A DNA stretch of 63,640 nucleotides, the filler included, from Phoronis australis (lineage: Eukaryota; Animalia; Phoronida): the NCBI GenBank assembly GCA_002633005.1. It is 5 parts of 5 records of this genome, joined end to end, with 100 filler letters (N's around TTAATTAATTAA, not from the genome) between each part and the next. Parts side by side here need not be neighbours in the genome. Positions count along the whole stretch, not along the records: positions 50,989 to 63,640 come from NMRA01001626.1; 4 more parts are not named here. The stretch is one strand, 5' to 3'. The notes beneath the pieces were generated by a model. That model saw nothing but the letters and a program-made list of their open reading frames with translations, was not told the DNA's origin and did not search any database. Positions 63,500 through 63,640 of the stretch are shown here, one piece after another. Position 1 is the stretch's first letter, and every line of letters starts with the position of its first letter. A program made the position numbers and the translations under genes.

Positions 63500-63640
63500 A
63501 TGTTGTGTGACAGGACTTGTTCATGTTGTGTGACAGGACTTGTTCATGTTGTGTGACAGGACTTGTTCATGTTGTGTGACAGGACTTGTTCATGTTGTGT
63601 GACAGGACTTGTTCATGTTGTGTTACAGGACTTGTTCATG
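63500..63640. repeat. 23-bp minisatellite (ATGTTGTGTGACAGGACTTGTTC), at least 6 copies
   Basis: Head-to-tail copies with no spacers and one SNP, running off the window end. Confidence 0.95.

Noticed and set aside
63500-63640. CRISPR-like 23-bp repeats
   Set aside because: Head-to-tail with no spacers, inside a eukaryotic intron, and no cas genes. It is a minisatellite.

Overview
Eukaryotic genomic DNA, inferred to be an AT-rich invertebrate metazoan, with spliceosomal GT-AG introns. I found no prokaryotic operons, rRNA or CRISPR. The window is five pieces joined by four artificial 100-nt linkers (N44-TTAATTAATTAA-N44), so adjacency across them is unreliable. Genes rebuilt from splice signals and frame phase: (i) a secreted PAN/apple + Cys-rich EGF-like gene on the minus strand, present twice in a 2.5-kb tandem duplication that is probably two alleles; (ii) the first coding exon of a wolframin (WFS1)-like gene; (iii) a 6-exon, 5'-truncated gene with an ankyrin-like repeat and a FAM111-like trypsin protease with an intact H/D/S triad; (iv) an ARM/HEAT-like first exon; (v) the last two exons of an intron-containing, Lys-rich H1-like tail; (vi) the first four coding exons of NOSIP. 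The rest is rich in non-autonomous mobile elements. These include a TRIM whose LTRs carry a tRNA-like Pol III A/B-box cassette, a second non-coding LTR element with the same PBS type, four Helentron-associated (DINE-1/HINE-like) elements whose ~150-bp monomers each carry a CTCF-like motif, a Kolobok-like relic, several MITE families and LINE 3' fragments. Most ORFs in the supplied track are spurious. All identifications come from pattern recognition; no searches were run.
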